From: Alphaproteobacteria bacterium | GTDB taxonomy: Bacteria; Pseudomonadota; Alphaproteobacteria; UBA828 | Direction of reading: 5' to 3' | Assembly: GCA_963422645.2 (NCBI GenBank) | Contig: CAXXVO010000007.1 | Location: forward strand, 96,001 to 160,000 | Length of the DNA: 64,000 nt | In this document: piece after piece, positions 18,112 to 29,156 of the stretch | Numbering within the stretch: the stretch's first letter is position 1 | How the letters are laid out: each line of letters begins with the position of its first letter | The notes under the pieces: generated by a model | The model's input: the letters and a program-made list of their open reading frames with translations, nothing else | What the model was told of the DNA's origin: nothing | Databases searched by the model: none | Made by a program: the position numbers and the translations under genes

Positions 18112-19101
18112 ATGAAGAAGCTTGTGCTTGCCGCTGCGGTTGCGGCGTTTGTCGCGCCGGGCATCGTCCAGGCGGCGGACTACACCTTCGCACTGGTGCC
18201 GAAGGCAATGAACAATCCCTTTTTCGACCTCGCCCGGGACGGCTGCTACAAGGCGCAGGAAGAGCTCGCGGACGTGACCTGCGAATATATCGGCCCTGGC
18301 GAGCATACCGAGATGGAGCAGATCCAGATCGTTCAGGACCTCATTTCCAAGGGTGTCGACGGCATCGCGGTGGCGCCTTCCAACGCGCCGGCAATGGCCA
18401 AGGCGCTGAGAGCCGCGCAGGACGCCGGTATTCCGGTGATGACCTGGGACTCGGACCTGCTGCCCGAGGATGCCGCTCTCCGCACCACGTACGTGGGCAC
18501 CTACAACTATGATATCGGCGTTAACCTCGCCAAGCTCGCCATGGCGCGCCATGCCGACGGCGGCACAGTCTGCCTGCAGACCGGCGGCGCGGCGGCGGCC
18601 AACCACAATGAGCGCCTGAAAGGCGCTCGCGACACGCTTGCCGGCGCGGACACCGGCACGCCTCCAGGCGCGGCTCTCGACGGCGAGAACGGCTGGACCG
18701 AGATCTCCAGCTGTCCGCTCATCACCAATGATGACGGCAATGTCGCCGTGCAGGGCATGACCGATATTCTGGCCGCCAATCCGGACCTGACTGTGTTTCT
18801 CTCCACCGGCGCCTTTACCCAGTGGTACGACAATGCCTACCGTCAGGCCGTGGAGCCCTACGCGGGCCGCCTGGCCGACGGTTCGCTCACCATCGTCGTC
18901 GCCGACACGCTGCCGATGCAGATGGAGCAATTGGCCGAGGGCCTGGCGAACGGCAATGTCGGTCAGCGGCCCTTCGAGATGGGCTACATGTCCATGCATA
19001 TCCTGAAGGATATCGTCGAGGGCAAGCAGGTCGACGACCCGATCTATACCGGCCTCGATGTCTGCGACAACGAAAACCACGCCAGTTGCCTGGCCATGTA
19101 G
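18112..19101 (+). CDS. Sugar ABC transporter periplasmic binding protein
   Basis: Signal peptide; VPKAMNNPFF; GQRPFEMGY. Confidence 0.9.
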   Translation: MKKLVLAAAVAAFVAPGIVQAADYTFALVPKAMNNPFFDLARDGCYKAQEELADVTCEYIGPGEHTEMEQIQIVQDLISKGVDGIAVAPSNAPAMAKALRAAQDAGIPVMTWDSDLLPEDAALRTTYVGTYNYDIGVNLAKLAMARHADGGTVCLQTGGAAAANHNERLKGARDTLAGADTGTPPGAALDGENGWTEISSCPLITNDDGNVAVQGMTDILAANPDLTVFLSTGAFTQWYDNAYRQAVEPYAGRLADGSLTIVVADTLPMQMEQLAEGLANGNVGQRPFEMGYMSMHILKDIVEGKQVDDPIYTGLDVCDNENHASCLAM

Positions 19102-19123
19102 CAACCGCTCTTTGACCAAATTG

Positions 19124-19154
19124 ACCGGCCCCCGGCAGCAAGCCGGGGGCCGGT
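19124..19154 (+). terminator. Hairpin after the binding-protein gene (terminator or mRNA stabiliser)
   Basis: ACCGGCCCCCGGC-AGCAA-GCCGGGGGCCGGT, 13-bp stem with a weak T tail. Confidence 0.55.
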
Positions 19155-19223
19155 GTCGTTTCGGCGCTGCCGCGCGGTGACCGCACGCTGCGCACATGCG
19201 CGCTCAGACAGGATACGCAGACA

Positions 19224-20183
19224 ATGAAACTCGGATTCGTCTCCGACAGCCTCGGCGCAATGACCTTCGAGCAGCTCCTGGACACGGCCGCGTGGCTCGG
19301 CGTCTCCGGCATTGAGGTCAACACCGGCGGCTGGTCGACCGCGCCGCACTTCGATCTCGCGGTGATGAAGCAGAGCGCGGCGGCGCGCCAAGCCTTCCTC
19401 GTGGCGTTCGAGGCGCGCGGGCTCGAGGTCATCGCCCTCAACGCCAACGGCAACCCGGTGCATCCGACGCAACCGGAGCAGGGCGCGTGCCTGAAGGACA
19501 CGATCCGCGTCGCGGGCGAGATGGGCGTGCGCACCGTGTGCACCATGTCGGGCCTGCCCGCAGGGTGCGCCGGCGACACCATGCCGAACTGGGTCGTCGC
19601 CTCCTGGCCGCCGGAGACCCAGGCGATCCTTCGCTATCAGTGGGAGGACGTGCTGTTCCCCTTCTGGGCCGAGACGGCGGCACTTGCCCGGGAGAGCGGG
19701 GTCGAACGGATCGCCCTGGAGCTCCACGGCAGCCAGTGCGTTTACAACGTCCCGTCTCTGTTGAAACTGCGCGCCGAAGTGGGGCCGATCGTCGGCGCGA
19801 ACCTGGACCCCTCACATCTGTTCTGGATGGGCGCAGACCCGCTGGTCGCTGCCGAGGCGCTGGGCGAGGCGGTCTACCACGTTCACGCCAAGGACACCCT
19901 GCTCAACCCGCCGGTTCAGGCGACGACCTCGCTGCTCGAGAACGGGAGCCTGATTGACATCCCCGCCCGCAGCTGGTCCTACATCACACTCGGGTTCGGG
20001 CATGGCGAAGAGTGGTGGCGCCAGTTCTGCTATCGCCTGACGATGGCGGGCTACGACGGCTGGCTCTCGATCGAGCACGAGGACGTGCTGCTGAACTCGC
20101 TGGAAGGGCTCGAAAAATCGGTGGCGCTTCTGAAGGGCGTCATGCCGACCGCGCCGAGCGACTTCGAGCCGCAGGCGATCTGA
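19224..20183 (+). CDS. Sugar phosphate isomerase/epimerase (AP endonuclease 2 TIM barrel)
   Basis: ALELH, NLDPSH, HVHAKD and SIEHED metal motifs. Confidence 0.85.
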   Translation: MKLGFVSDSLGAMTFEQLLDTAAWLGVSGIEVNTGGWSTAPHFDLAVMKQSAAARQAFLVAFEARGLEVIALNANGNPVHPTQPEQGACLKDTIRVAGEMGVRTVCTMSGLPAGCAGDTMPNWVVASWPPETQAILRYQWEDVLFPFWAETAALARESGVERIALELHGSQCVYNVPSLLKLRAEVGPIVGANLDPSHLFWMGADPLVAAEALGEAVYHVHAKDTLLNPPVQATTSLLENGSLIDIPARSWSYITLGFGHGEEWWRQFCYRLTMAGYDGWLSIEHEDVLLNSLEGLEKSVALLKGVMPTAPSDFEPQAI

Positions 20184-20213
20184 TCCGCCCCCAGTCCGCG
20201 TTCCTCGCCACGG

Positions 20214-21026
20214 TCACGAGCCTGAGTCGCGCTCGATGATCCAGTCGTGGTCGGGATGGTTCCGGAAGCGCCACTGGCGCTTGGGGCCGGCCATGACGTT
20301 CAGGTAGTACATATCGTAGCCGTAGGGCGCGCCGCAGGGGTGGTGGCCGCGCGGGACGATGACCGTATCGCCGTCGGAGACGGTCATGGTCTCGTCCAGC
20401 GCGCCGTCCTCGGTGAAGACCCGCTGGACGCCGAAGCCCTGGGGCGGGTCGATACGGTGGTAATAGGTCTCCTCCAGGTAGGTCATCTCATCGCCCTCGT
20501 CGGCATCGTGGCGGTGCGGCGGGTAGCTCGACCAGTGGCCCTGGGGCGTGTACACCTCGGTGATCAGCAGACTGTCGGCGACATCGGCGTCGTCCATGGC
20601 GATGGGATGGATGTAGCGCGTGTTGGCGCCCTTGCCGCGTTCCAGCAGCGGGATATCCGCCGGGTCGATGGCGGCGGCGGCATGGCCGCCCGCGCCCGGC
20701 GCCGAGCAGACCGCGATGGTGCAGTCCGTCTCCGCCCGCGCCGACCAGGAGGTCCCGTTGGGAACGTAGACCGCATGGGGCTTCACGCGCTCGAAGACAT
20801 TCATGCGCGCACCCTGCACACCAAAATCCGCCTCGGGCGTCGCCAGATGGGCCTTGCCCTCGACCATGACCAGGATGACTTCGCGAGCGCCGGTTTCCTC
20901 GCCGGCCCTCTCCCCGGCCTTGAGCGCGTAGACGGCGAAGCCGACGTAACGCCAGCCGGCGTCTTCGGGCGTGATGTCGATGATCTTGCCTGTCGAGCCC
21001 GAAGGCTTCCGTAGAAGGTCGCTCAC
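20214..21026 (-). CDS. iolB: 5-deoxy-glucuronate isomerase
   Basis: WSSYPPHRHD, LEETYYHR, YYLNVMAGP. Confidence 0.92.
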   Translation of the reverse strand: MSDLLRKPSGSTGKIIDITPEDAGWRYVGFAVYALKAGERAGEETGAREVILVMVEGKAHLATPEADFGVQGARMNVFERVKPHAVYVPNGTSWSARAETDCTIAVCSAPGAGGHAAAAIDPADIPLLERGKGANTRYIHPIAMDDADVADSLLITEVYTPQGHWSSYPPHRHDADEGDEMTYLEETYYHRIDPPQGFGVQRVFTEDGALDETMTVSDGDTVIVPRGHHPCGAPYGYDMYYLNVMAGPKRQWRFRNHPDHDWIIERDSGS

Positions 21027-21045
21027 GTTCCGGTCTCCTCGTTTC

Positions 21046-22947
21046 CTACCGTGCGCATGCCTCGTCCCAGGCCGTGCACAGCCGGGCGAAGTTGTCGGCC
21101 ATTCGCGTTGTCGCCTCGTCGTCGGTCATGGTGCCGGCCATCCAGCCCCGGGCGACATCGGCGAAGATGGTGCGGCCGATCGCAAAACCCTTCACCAGGT
21201 CGTGCCTGGCCGCGACGCGGAAGCTCGCGTGCAGCTCGTCGGCCGGCGCGTCCAGGCCGAGCACCAGTATGCCCCGGCATTGGGGGTCGTGGGTATCGAT
21301 GGCGTCGCAGGTCGAACGCCAGGCGGCATCCGAGATCATCGGCTCCAGCTTCCACCAGTCGGGATAGACGCCGATGGCATAGAAGCGCTCGACGATGGCG
21401 GCGGTCATCGCCTGGTCGGTCGGTCCGAACTTCGACGGAATGACCTCGAGGAGGAAATCGAGATCATTGGCGCGCGCCGCTTCGGCCAGCCGCTTGACCG
21501 TGGTCTCCTGTCGAGCGCAAAGGTCGGCGGAATCGTCTGAACGGTAGAAGCACAATGCCTTCACCACGTGCTCCGACGGCCATTCCGCCAGGCCTGAGCC
21601 GAAGTCGTCGCCAATCTCGACCTCCAGCGGCCGCGATCCCGGCTTCTCGACCGGGCGTCCGATCCAGAGGCCCGTCCCCACCGCGGCATAGAGCGCATCG
21701 CGGCCCAGGCGGCCGTCACAGAGGATGCCGTAGCCCGCGCGCCCGTCCGCGACCCTGAGCGCCGCATCCAGGCAGAGGCGCTTGAAAGGGCCGATGCGCT
21801 CCGGCGGCGCACCGCAGCCGGTCGCCATCTCTTCGAGCTGCGCGCGGTGGTCGAAGGCGAAGACGCGGAGGCTGGGCCAACATCTCGCCCGGTTGGTGGA
21901 CCAGTGGATTTGCTCCAAGCGCGTATCGTGGCGCACGGCGGGCGTCGATGGGCCGATGTCCAGGAAATGCTCCAGTTCGACGGCGCTGGGGTAGGACGGC
22001 GTGCAGCCGTGACGCGAGACGGCGAGCGCGCCGCAGGCATTGGCGATGCGGAGCGTCTCGGCCCAGTCCTCGCCGGAGAGCCACCCCTTCAGGAGGCCCG
22101 CCATGAAGCCGTCGCCGGCGCCCAGCACGTTGAACACGTCGACCTGGAAGGTTTCGCCGCTGATCCCCTCGTCGAGGCTCGGCGGGATCGGCCCCTCGAA
22201 CGCGGTGGCCCCGGCGGCGCCCCGCTTGCAGACCAAGGCTGCCTCGGTCACCTCGCGGACGTTGGCGAGCGCCTCGCGCGTGTCGGTCGCACCGCCCGCG
22301 ATGTGAAACTCCTCCTCCGTTCCGACGATCACGTCGAAACGGTCCAGGATCCCTTGCAGCTTGGCCGTGACGGTCCCCGATTCGATGAAGCGGCTCTCAC
22401 CTGCGCCGTGCCCCGCTAGGCCCCAGAGATTGGGACGGTAATCGACGTCGAGGATCGTCTTCGCACCCTCAGTGCGGGCGAGATCGACCGCCTTGAGCGT
22501 CGCGGCTTCGGTCTGCGGGTGCGAGACGTGGGTGCCGGAGGCGAGCACGCAGCGGGCCTCGGCGATGAAGTCGGGATCGACGTCTTCGGGCGTGAGCCCC
22601 ATGTCAGCGCAGTTCTCGCGGTAGAAGATGAGCGGGAACTGCTCCTGATCGCGAATGCCGAGCAGGACCAGCGCGGTCAGGCGTTCCGGGTCGGTGACGA
22701 CGCCGCGCACATCGACCCCTTCGGCCCGCAACTGCTCGCGGATGAAGCGGCCCATGTGCTCGTCGCCCACGCGCGTGATGACGGCCGACTTCATGCCGAG
22801 CCGCGCGGCGCCGGCTGCCGTGTTGGTGGGCGAGCCGCCGATGTACTTGTGGAAGGTCCGCATGTCCTCGAGGCGGCCGCCGACCTGGCCGCCATAGAGG
22901 TCGACCGACGAACGACCGATGGAAATGAAATCCAGAGGCCGCATCAC
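21046..22947 (-). CDS. iolC: 5-dehydro-2-deoxygluconokinase with C-terminal DUF2090 aldolase domain
   Basis: IGRSSVDLYG.Q.GGRLEDM, GAGDGF, FAFDHR, PDWWKLEP, GFAIGRTIF. Confidence 0.93.
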   Translation of the reverse strand: MMRPLDFISIGRSSVDLYGGQVGGRLEDMRTFHKYIGGSPTNTAAGAARLGMKSAVITRVGDEHMGRFIREQLRAEGVDVRGVVTDPERLTALVLLGIRDQEQFPLIFYRENCADMGLTPEDVDPDFIAEARCVLASGTHVSHPQTEAATLKAVDLARTEGAKTILDVDYRPNLWGLAGHGAGESRFIESGTVTAKLQGILDRFDVIVGTEEEFHIAGGATDTREALANVREVTEAALVCKRGAAGATAFEGPIPPSLDEGISGETFQVDVFNVLGAGDGFMAGLLKGWLSGEDWAETLRIANACGALAVSRHGCTPSYPSAVELEHFLDIGPSTPAVRHDTRLEQIHWSTNRARCWPSLRVFAFDHRAQLEEMATGCGAPPERIGPFKRLCLDAALRVADGRAGYGILCDGRLGRDALYAAVGTGLWIGRPVEKPGSRPLEVEIGDDFGSGLAEWPSEHVVKALCFYRSDDSADLCARQETTVKRLAEAARANDLDFLLEVIPSKFGPTDQAMTAAIVERFYAIGVYPDWWKLEPMISDAAWRSTCDAIDTHDPQCRGILVLGLDAPADELHASFRVAARHDLVKGFAIGRTIFADVARGWMAGTMTDDEATTRMADNFARLCTAWDEACAR

Positions 22948-23195
22948 GGGATTCCGCCGAGGGACTCCTCGAGCTTCGTCAGATCGCGCCCGCGCGCCGT
23001 CGAGTCTTGCACGTCCTTGGGCTTGTTCATGCCACCATTTAGCACCGTGAGCCGGCCGCTGACCATCATGGCATGGCGGCGCCGGGCGCTTGGGTCAGCG
23101 GAGTTAGACCGGGCCTGAGCGACCGCCCTCACTGCTGCAAGGGCTCCGTGCTCCTCTCGGTGTCCAGCCGCTCGTAGCGGAGGGCCTAAACACGA

Positions 23196-23229
23196 CCGGC
23201 GCCGCGCATCGGGCCATGCGCGGCGCCGG
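23196..23229 (-). terminator. 14-bp stem hairpin downstream of the binding-protein gene
   Basis: CCGGCGCCGCGCAT-CGGGCC-ATGCGCGGCGCCGG. Confidence 0.45.
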
Positions 23230-23274
23230 GATAACGTCCGGCCGGCGGCAGAGGCGCCGCCGGCCGCACCGAGC

Positions 23275-24387
23275 CTAAAACTTGAGGCCGAGCTCCTCGG
23301 AGCGTGCGAACGCGACGTCCGTGCGCCAACTGAAGAGCTCGAGGTTCTCCTGCGTGACGACGGCCGTGCCCGTGTTCATGATCGGAGGCAGGTTGCCCCG
23401 TTCGAGCCGGGCCCAGCCCACCGCGCCGGCGAGGTAGCCCTGGTTGTAGAGCTCCTGCTCGACGGCGAAGGCGATATAGCCCCTCTCGATACCCTCATTG
23501 ATGTCGGGGCCCGTATCGGGACCGGCGACGGGGATCTCGCCGGGTTCCTTGCCGGCCTGCTCGAGCATGCGGAACGCCGCGACCATGCTGGTATAGCCGC
23601 TTGCGGTGAACGCCGCGAGGTCGTCACCCAGACGACGCATGACGGCCGAATAGAGCGGCACCGACTGCGCCATGTCGTGCGCGAAGTCCGCGAACTCCTC
23701 GACCTCGAAGGTCGTGCCCTGGCTGTCGTTGAACTCCTGAGCGGCATCCGCGACCCCACGCCTGCGATCCTCGAGCACGGCGTGGCCTGGCTCGGTGTTG
23801 CCGAACATCAGCGTGCCGCCGGTGCGGCCCTTCGCGATCAGGTCGGGGATCAGCTTGCGACCGACGATCAGGCCCTGGGCGTGGCCCGAGGCGCCGATGA
23901 AGCCCCAGTTCACGTGACGCGCCTGCACGTCCGCGATGTTCGAATTGTTGATGAGGACCAGGATTCCGGCCTCCTCGGCCTCGACATAGATCGCTTCCAT
24001 CGCAGGATCGATGACGGTGCCGACCAGCACGTCCGGCTTCGCCTGGATGGCGAGCTTGACGCCGTTGACGTTGTCCTCGACGGTCCACGCGCCGCCCGGG
24101 ACGCCGATCTTCTGGTATTCCCAGCCCGCCTGTCCACAGAAGTCCAAGTATCCGACGTCGAGCGGCAGGTTCCACTCCGCCTGGCTGTGGGTCACCCACA
24201 TGATCTTGCGCGGCGGCCCGAGGCCCACCTCGGCCTTTGCCGCGCCCGCGAAGAGAGGCAGCGACGCCCCGCTCAGCGCCGCCGCGCCACCGGCGGCCAT
24301 CATCCCCGCCTTGAGGAGCCCGCGACGGCTGATCCCGTCCTGCGACGTCTCCTCCACCTCGTCAGTCCTGTGCTCGTCCTTATTCAT
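23275..24387 (-). CDS. Sugar ABC binding protein with Tat signal
   Basis: SRRGLLK twin-arginine signal; periplasmic-binding-protein-like sequence; VEQELYNQGY. Confidence 0.85.
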   Translation of the reverse strand: MNKDEHRTDEVEETSQDGISRRGLLKAGMMAAGGAAALSGASLPLFAGAAKAEVGLGPPRKIMWVTHSQAEWNLPLDVGYLDFCGQAGWEYQKIGVPGGAWTVEDNVNGVKLAIQAKPDVLVGTVIDPAMEAIYVEAEEAGILVLINNSNIADVQARHVNWGFIGASGHAQGLIVGRKLIPDLIAKGRTGGTLMFGNTEPGHAVLEDRRRGVADAAQEFNDSQGTTFEVEEFADFAHDMAQSVPLYSAVMRRLGDDLAAFTASGYTSMVAAFRMLEQAGKEPGEIPVAGPDTGPDINEGIERGYIAFAVEQELYNQGYLAGAVGWARLERGNLPPIMNTGTAVVTQENLELFSWRTDVAFARSEELGLKF

Positions 24388-24456
24388 GGGATTTTCTCCT
24401 CCTCTGTTGCCGGCTGACCCGGCGGTTCGACAACTCTCGACCTACGAAGCCCGTCG

Positions 24457-25566
24457 TCACCGGCCCCCGTTGCCTGGAGGTTCCTCCTCGGTCTCTGCCG
24501 CGGCGGCCGCGAACGCTGCCTGTGCGGCCCGTTCGCCCGTGCGCCGCATTGCAGCATCGAGGACGCCGGCGAACACCACGATGAAGCCCGTGGCGAGCAG
24601 GCTGGCGGCCGGCGGGTAGCCCATCAGGACCAGCCCGTTGGTCACCATGCCCAGAATCGCGGTCCCCACCAGCGTGCCGTATATGCTTCCTTCGCCGCCC
24701 GTGAGCGCGGTCCCGCCGATCAGCACCGCGCCGATGACCTGCAGCTCGAAGGCGAGGCCCGTGGTCGGCGTCGCCGTCTTCAGCCAGGCCGCCTGCAGCA
24801 CGGCGATGAGCCCGCACGAGAGCCCCACGAGGACGAAGGTTATGAACTTGATGCGCCGGGTTGGGATGCCGCTCTCCCGCGCCGCGAGCTCGTTGCCCCC
24901 GGTCGCGAAGAGCCAGTAGCCGAACCTGGAATAGCGAAGGACGACGACTCCCACCACCAGGACGGCCACGAACCAGATGGCCTGGGCGGGAATGCCAAAC
25001 GGGGCTCCGCCGCCAAGCGGGTAGAGGCTCGAATCGGCGCCGCGCGAAAAGGAGATGGGGAAGCTGCCCGACACGTAGTGCGCCGCACCGCGCAGGGCGC
25101 TCAGCATGCCGAGCGTCACCACGAAGGCGCGCACGCCGACGTAGACGGTGACGACACCGTTGATGGCGCCCACGAGGGCGCCGAAGAGCAGCGTGAGCCC
25201 GGCTGCAATCCACGGATCGAGGCCGGCGGAGGCGATCAGCCACGCCATGACGATCGTCCCGAAGCCGTAGATCGAGCCGACCGACAGGTCGAGCTCGCCG
25301 GCGATCAGAAGATAGGTCCACGTCACCGCGACGATGCCGATGAAGGCCGAGGCGCGGACGATGTCGATGATGTTCCCCCAGCTCGCGAAGTTATTGGCGG
25401 AAAACGAGAAAAATACGAAGAGGGCGATCGCCACCACCGTCATCGCCACTTGCCGCGTGAGGAGAGCACCGCGGATCGTCTCGATGCGCTGGGCCGACCG
25501 GGCTTCCGCCGCCGCCCGCGTGACGGCGTCAGCCGCCTGGTCTTCCATCGATGGAGGGGTCGCCAC
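24457..25566 (-). CDS. Sugar ABC permease
   Basis: GELDLSVGS, FVVTLGML, FELQVIGAVLIGGT. Confidence 0.9.
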   Translation of the reverse strand: MATPPSMEDQAADAVTRAAAEARSAQRIETIRGALLTRQVAMTVVAIALFVFFSFSANNFASWGNIIDIVRASAFIGIVAVTWTYLLIAGELDLSVGSIYGFGTIVMAWLIASAGLDPWIAAGLTLLFGALVGAINGVVTVYVGVRAFVVTLGMLSALRGAAHYVSGSFPISFSRGADSSLYPLGGGAPFGIPAQAIWFVAVLVVGVVVLRYSRFGYWLFATGGNELAARESGIPTRRIKFITFVLVGLSCGLIAVLQAAWLKTATPTTGLAFELQVIGAVLIGGTALTGGEGSIYGTLVGTAILGMVTNGLVLMGYPPAASLLATGFIVVFAGVLDAAMRRTGERAAQAAFAAAAAETEEEPPGNGGR

Positions 25567-25568
25567 GG

Positions 25569-26309
25569 CTACACCGTTCCCGACGTGAGGAGGCTCACGA
25601 CGTCCTGCTTGCTGGTCTCCGCCTTGGTGAGGTCGGCGATCTTCGTGCCGTGCCGAAGGATGACGATCCTGTCGGCGAGATCGAACACCGTCTCCAGGTT
25701 GTGGCTGATGAGCAGAATCGCGTGCTGCTCCTCGCGCATGGTCCTGATGAGCTCCATCACACGCGCGGCTTCGCGCACCCCGAGGGCGGCGGTCGGCTCG
25801 TCGAAGAGGGTGATCATTCCGCCCTGGAGCCAGGCGCGCGCAACCGCCACCGCCTGGCGCTGGCCGCCCGAGAGTGAGCCGACCTTGGAGCGCACGTCCG
25901 GTAGGCCGACCCGCAGGCGCTCGATGGCCACGCGCGCCTCGCGCACCATGCGCGGGCGGTCGACGACAAACATGTAGCGCATCGGCTCCTGGCCCAGGAA
26001 CATGTTGTTGGCCACGTCGCGCTGGTTCACCAGGGCGAGATCCTGGAACACCGTCGAGATGCCGAGCTGCAGGGCGTGGTTCGGCGAGTCGATGCTGACG
26101 CGGCGGCCCTCCACCAGCACCTCGCCCTGGTCCGCGTGGTGGACGCCGCAGAGGATCTTCACTAGCGTCGACTTGCCCGCCCCGTTGTCCCCGACCAGCG
26201 CCACGATCTCGCCCCGGTGCAGCGACACGTCGACGCCGCGCAGCGCCAGGACGCCGCCGAACCGCTTGACGATCCCCCGCGCCTCGAGAACCGGCTGAGG
26301 ATCGCTCAC
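25569..26309 (-). CDS. Sugar ABC ATP-binding protein
   Basis: GDNGAGKS, LSGGQRQ, FDEPT; GTG start at 26309. Confidence 0.9.
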   Translation of the reverse strand: MSDPQPVLEARGIVKRFGGVLALRGVDVSLHRGEIVALVGDNGAGKSTLVKILCGVHHADQGEVLVEGRRVSIDSPNHALQLGISTVFQDLALVNQRDVANNMFLGQEPMRYMFVVDRPRMVREARVAIERLRVGLPDVRSKVGSLSGGQRQAVAVARAWLQGGMITLFDEPTAALGVREAARVMELIRTMREEQHAILLISHNLETVFDLADRIVILRHGTKIADLTKAETSKQDVVSLLTSGTV

Positions 26310-26782
26310 GTCAGCCCCTTCGCGCCGTCGCGAATTGTAGGGAGGCCAATGCGCGAGATTCCGACAAAGAGTTCGTCGAGGCTCGGGTGGCGGGCGAGGA
26401 GGACCCAAATCCGGACGGTCTCACCGGGAATGCAGGCTCGCGCGCCCCGGAGCAGGTACGAGCGGCGGCGCGAGTGCCACGACGTTCGACCGTCGTATTG
26501 GCCATCTGCAGCCTCCCTTGGCCGCGTCGCCCTCCGAGAAGCCAATCGCGTGATGGGCCGCCCGCCGGGTCCGGCGCGGCTCGTTTCAAAGGATACAACA
26601 ACCGAACCGGCGCACAACAGGGGTGTGCCGGAAAGCGCGCGACCATCCAGCTCGACTGACCAGCCTCCGCTTGTTCCTCCGGCCCTGCTCGCCTATGGTG
26701 CGCCGGCGAGAGCGGACAGGGCGGCCGCGCCGGGCATGTGCGGCCGCACGGCGGCGCCGCGCCCCGGCGCCAGGGGCGGTTC

Positions 26783-28066
26783 ATGGACAGTATTCGCATC
26801 AGGGGCGGCCGCCCGCTTCAGGGCGAGATCGAGATCTTTGGCGCCAAGAACGCGGCCCTGCCGCTGATGGCGGCGTGCCTGCTGACCGAAGAAACCCTCA
26901 CGCTCGCCAACATCCCGCACCTCTCCGACATCACGACGCTCGCGCACCTTCTCGCCCAGCACGGCGTCGAGATCGGCATGGACGGCCACGCGCGGCACGG
27001 CGGCAATGCCGGGCGGGTGCTCTCGCTCCGGGCTCGCCAGATCACCAGCACCACGGCGCCCTACGAGCTGGTGAGCCAGATGCGCGCCTCCGTCCTGGTG
27101 CTGGGCCCGCTGCTCGCCCGCACGGGGCGGGCGACCGTCTCGCTCCCCGGCGGCTGCGCCATCGGCACGCGCCCCGTGGACCTGCACGTCGACGGGCTCA
27201 CCCGTCTCGGCGCCCGGATCGTGCTCGAAGACGGCGACATCCGGGCGCACGCGCCCGGGCGGCTGCGCGGGGCCGAGATCAGACTGCCCTTCGCCTCGGT
27301 GGGGGCGACCGAGAACCTGATGATGGCGGCGACGCTGGCGGAGGGCGAGACGGTCATTCGCAACGCCGCGCGCGAGCCGGAGATCACCGATCTCGCCTTC
27401 TGCCTGAACGCGATGGGCGCGGAGATCGGCGGAATCGGCACCGACGAACTCGTGATCCAGGGCAAGGAATCGCTCTCCGGCACCGAGCATCACGTGTTGG
27501 GCGATCGGATCGAAGCCGGCACCTATGCGCTCGCCGCCGCCATCGTGGGCGGCGATGTCGAGCTTGCCGGCGCGCCGGCGGCGCTGCTGCGCTCTTTGCT
27601 CGAGTATCTGGAGGCCACCGGAGTCACCATCACCGAGACGCCGCGCGGGCTCAGGGTGCGCGGCAACGGCCGGCCCGCGGCTGCGGACGTGACGACCCGG
27701 CCCTATCCCGGCTTCCCCACCGACCTGCAGGCGCAGGCGATGGCGCTGATGACGGTCGCGGACGGGGCCGCGATGATCACCGAGACGATCTTCGAGAACC
27801 GCTTCATGCACGTGCAGGAGCTGCGCCGCATGGGCGCGGATATCGCGGTGCGGGGCGCCACCGCCCTGGTGCGGGGCGTCGCGTCGCTGACCGGCGCGCA
27901 GGTGATGGCCACCGACCTCAGGGCCTCGTCGTCGCTGGTCCTTGCGGGGCTCGCCGCCGAGGGTGAGACCGTGGTGCATCGCGTCTACCACCTCGATCGC
28001 GGCTACGAGCGGATCGAGGACAAGCTCGCGGCCTGCGGCGCCGAGATCGACCGGGTCCATCATTGA
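26783..28066 (+). CDS. murA: UDP-N-acetylglucosamine 1-carboxyvinyltransferase
   Basis: [42 protein letters not shown]. Confidence 0.97.
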   Translation: MDSIRIRGGRPLQGEIEIFGAKNAALPLMAACLLTEETLTLANIPHLSDITTLAHLLAQHGVEIGMDGHARHGGNAGRVLSLRARQITSTTAPYELVSQMRASVLVLGPLLARTGRATVSLPGGCAIGTRPVDLHVDGLTRLGARIVLEDGDIRAHAPGRLRGAEIRLPFASVGATENLMMAATLAEGETVIRNAAREPEITDLAFCLNAMGAEIGGIGTDELVIQGKESLSGTEHHVLGDRIEAGTYALAAAIVGGDVELAGAPAALLRSLLEYLEATGVTITETPRGLRVRGNGRPAAADVTTRPYPGFPTDLQAQAMALMTVADGAAMITETIFENRFMHVQELRRMGADIAVRGATALVRGVASLTGAQVMATDLRASSSLVLAGLAAEGETVVHRVYHLDRGYERIEDKLAACGAEIDRVHH

Positions 28067-28494
28067 CGGCGTGCACGCGTCTCAAGCTGCGGGCGGAGGA
28101 TGCCGGCGATCTCGCCGTGATCTCGGCATGCCTTGAGGACGCCGTCTTCGCGGTGGGCGAGATAGCCTTCGAGCCTGCCGACAGCCGCTTTGCGGCCATC
28201 GTCGTGCGCCGCTGCCGCGAGGCCGAGGGCGGCCCCGCGGGCCAGGCGCGCGCCGCGATCCACTTCGACGCGGTCTCCGCGGTCAAGCTGCGCGGCATCG
28301 ACCGCTCCGAGCCGTCACGTCTGCTCAAGCTTGCAGGGATGGTCGCCGAGCCCGGCCGGTCCGCGACCGTGGTGCGGCTCCTGTTTCAGGACGGCGGCGA
28401 GATATGGATCGAGGCCGGCCACCTCGCCTGCCTGTTCCAGGACCTGGAAGAGCCGCGAATGGCCTCGGTGCTGGAGCAGGAGGGGCGACCGTGA
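28063..28494 (+). CDS. DUF2948 family protein
   Basis: LKLRAED..DL.VISACL.DA; conserved position between murA and his genes in alphaproteobacteria. Confidence 0.85.
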   Translation: MTACTRLKLRAEDAGDLAVISACLEDAVFAVGEIAFEPADSRFAAIVVRRCREAEGGPAGQARAAIHFDAVSAVKLRGIDRSEPSRLLKLAGMVAEPGRSATVVRLLFQDGGEIWIEAGHLACLFQDLEEPRMASVLEQEGRP

Positions 28495-29156
28495 GCGACG
28501 GCCTGCTGCTGGCGCTGCCCAAGGGCAGGATCGCGCGCGAGCTTTCGCCCCTGCTTGCACGCGCCGGCATCGAGCCGGAGGCCGCGTTCGCGGACGAGCA
28601 CGCGCGCCAGCTCCGCTTCGCCACCTCGGACCCGGGGCTCGGGCTGATCCAGGTTCGCAGCTTCGATGTGGCTACCTTCGTCGCCTTCGGCGCGGCCCAG
28701 CTCGGTGTCGTCGGCAACGACGTGTTGATGGAGTTCGATTATCGCGAGATCTATGCGCCGCTCGACTTGCGTATCGGTCTCTGCCGCATGGTGGTCGCGG
28801 AACCGGCGAAACTCGCGACCGGGGACGATCCCTCGCGCTGGAGCCATGTGCGGGTCGCCACCAAGTATCCGCAAGTGACGAGCCGCCATTTCGCGGCCCG
28901 CGGCGTGCAGGCCGAGTGCATCAAGCTCAGCGGCGCGATGGAGCTCGCGCCTGGATTGGGGCTCTGCCGGCGGATCGTCGATCTGGTGGGCACCGGCGCG
29001 ACGCTCCAGGCCAACGGCCTGGTCGAAGTGGAGCACATCGCCGATATCTCCGCCCGGCTCGTGGTCAACCGCACTGCGCTCAAGACCCGGGCCGGCGAGC
29101 TCCGGGCCTGGATCGAGCGCTTCGGCGAGGCGGTGAATGGCACACAGGCTGGATAG
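28491..29156 (+). CDS. hisG: ATP phosphoribosyltransferase (short form)
   Basis: [33 protein letters not shown]. Confidence 0.95.
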   Translation: MSDGLLLALPKGRIARELSPLLARAGIEPEAAFADEHARQLRFATSDPGLGLIQVRSFDVATFVAFGAAQLGVVGNDVLMEFDYREIYAPLDLRIGLCRMVVAEPAKLATGDDPSRWSHVRVATKYPQVTSRHFAARGVQAECIKLSGAMELAPGLGLCRRIVDLVGTGATLQANGLVEVEHIADISARLVVNRTALKTRAGELRAWIERFGEAVNGTQAG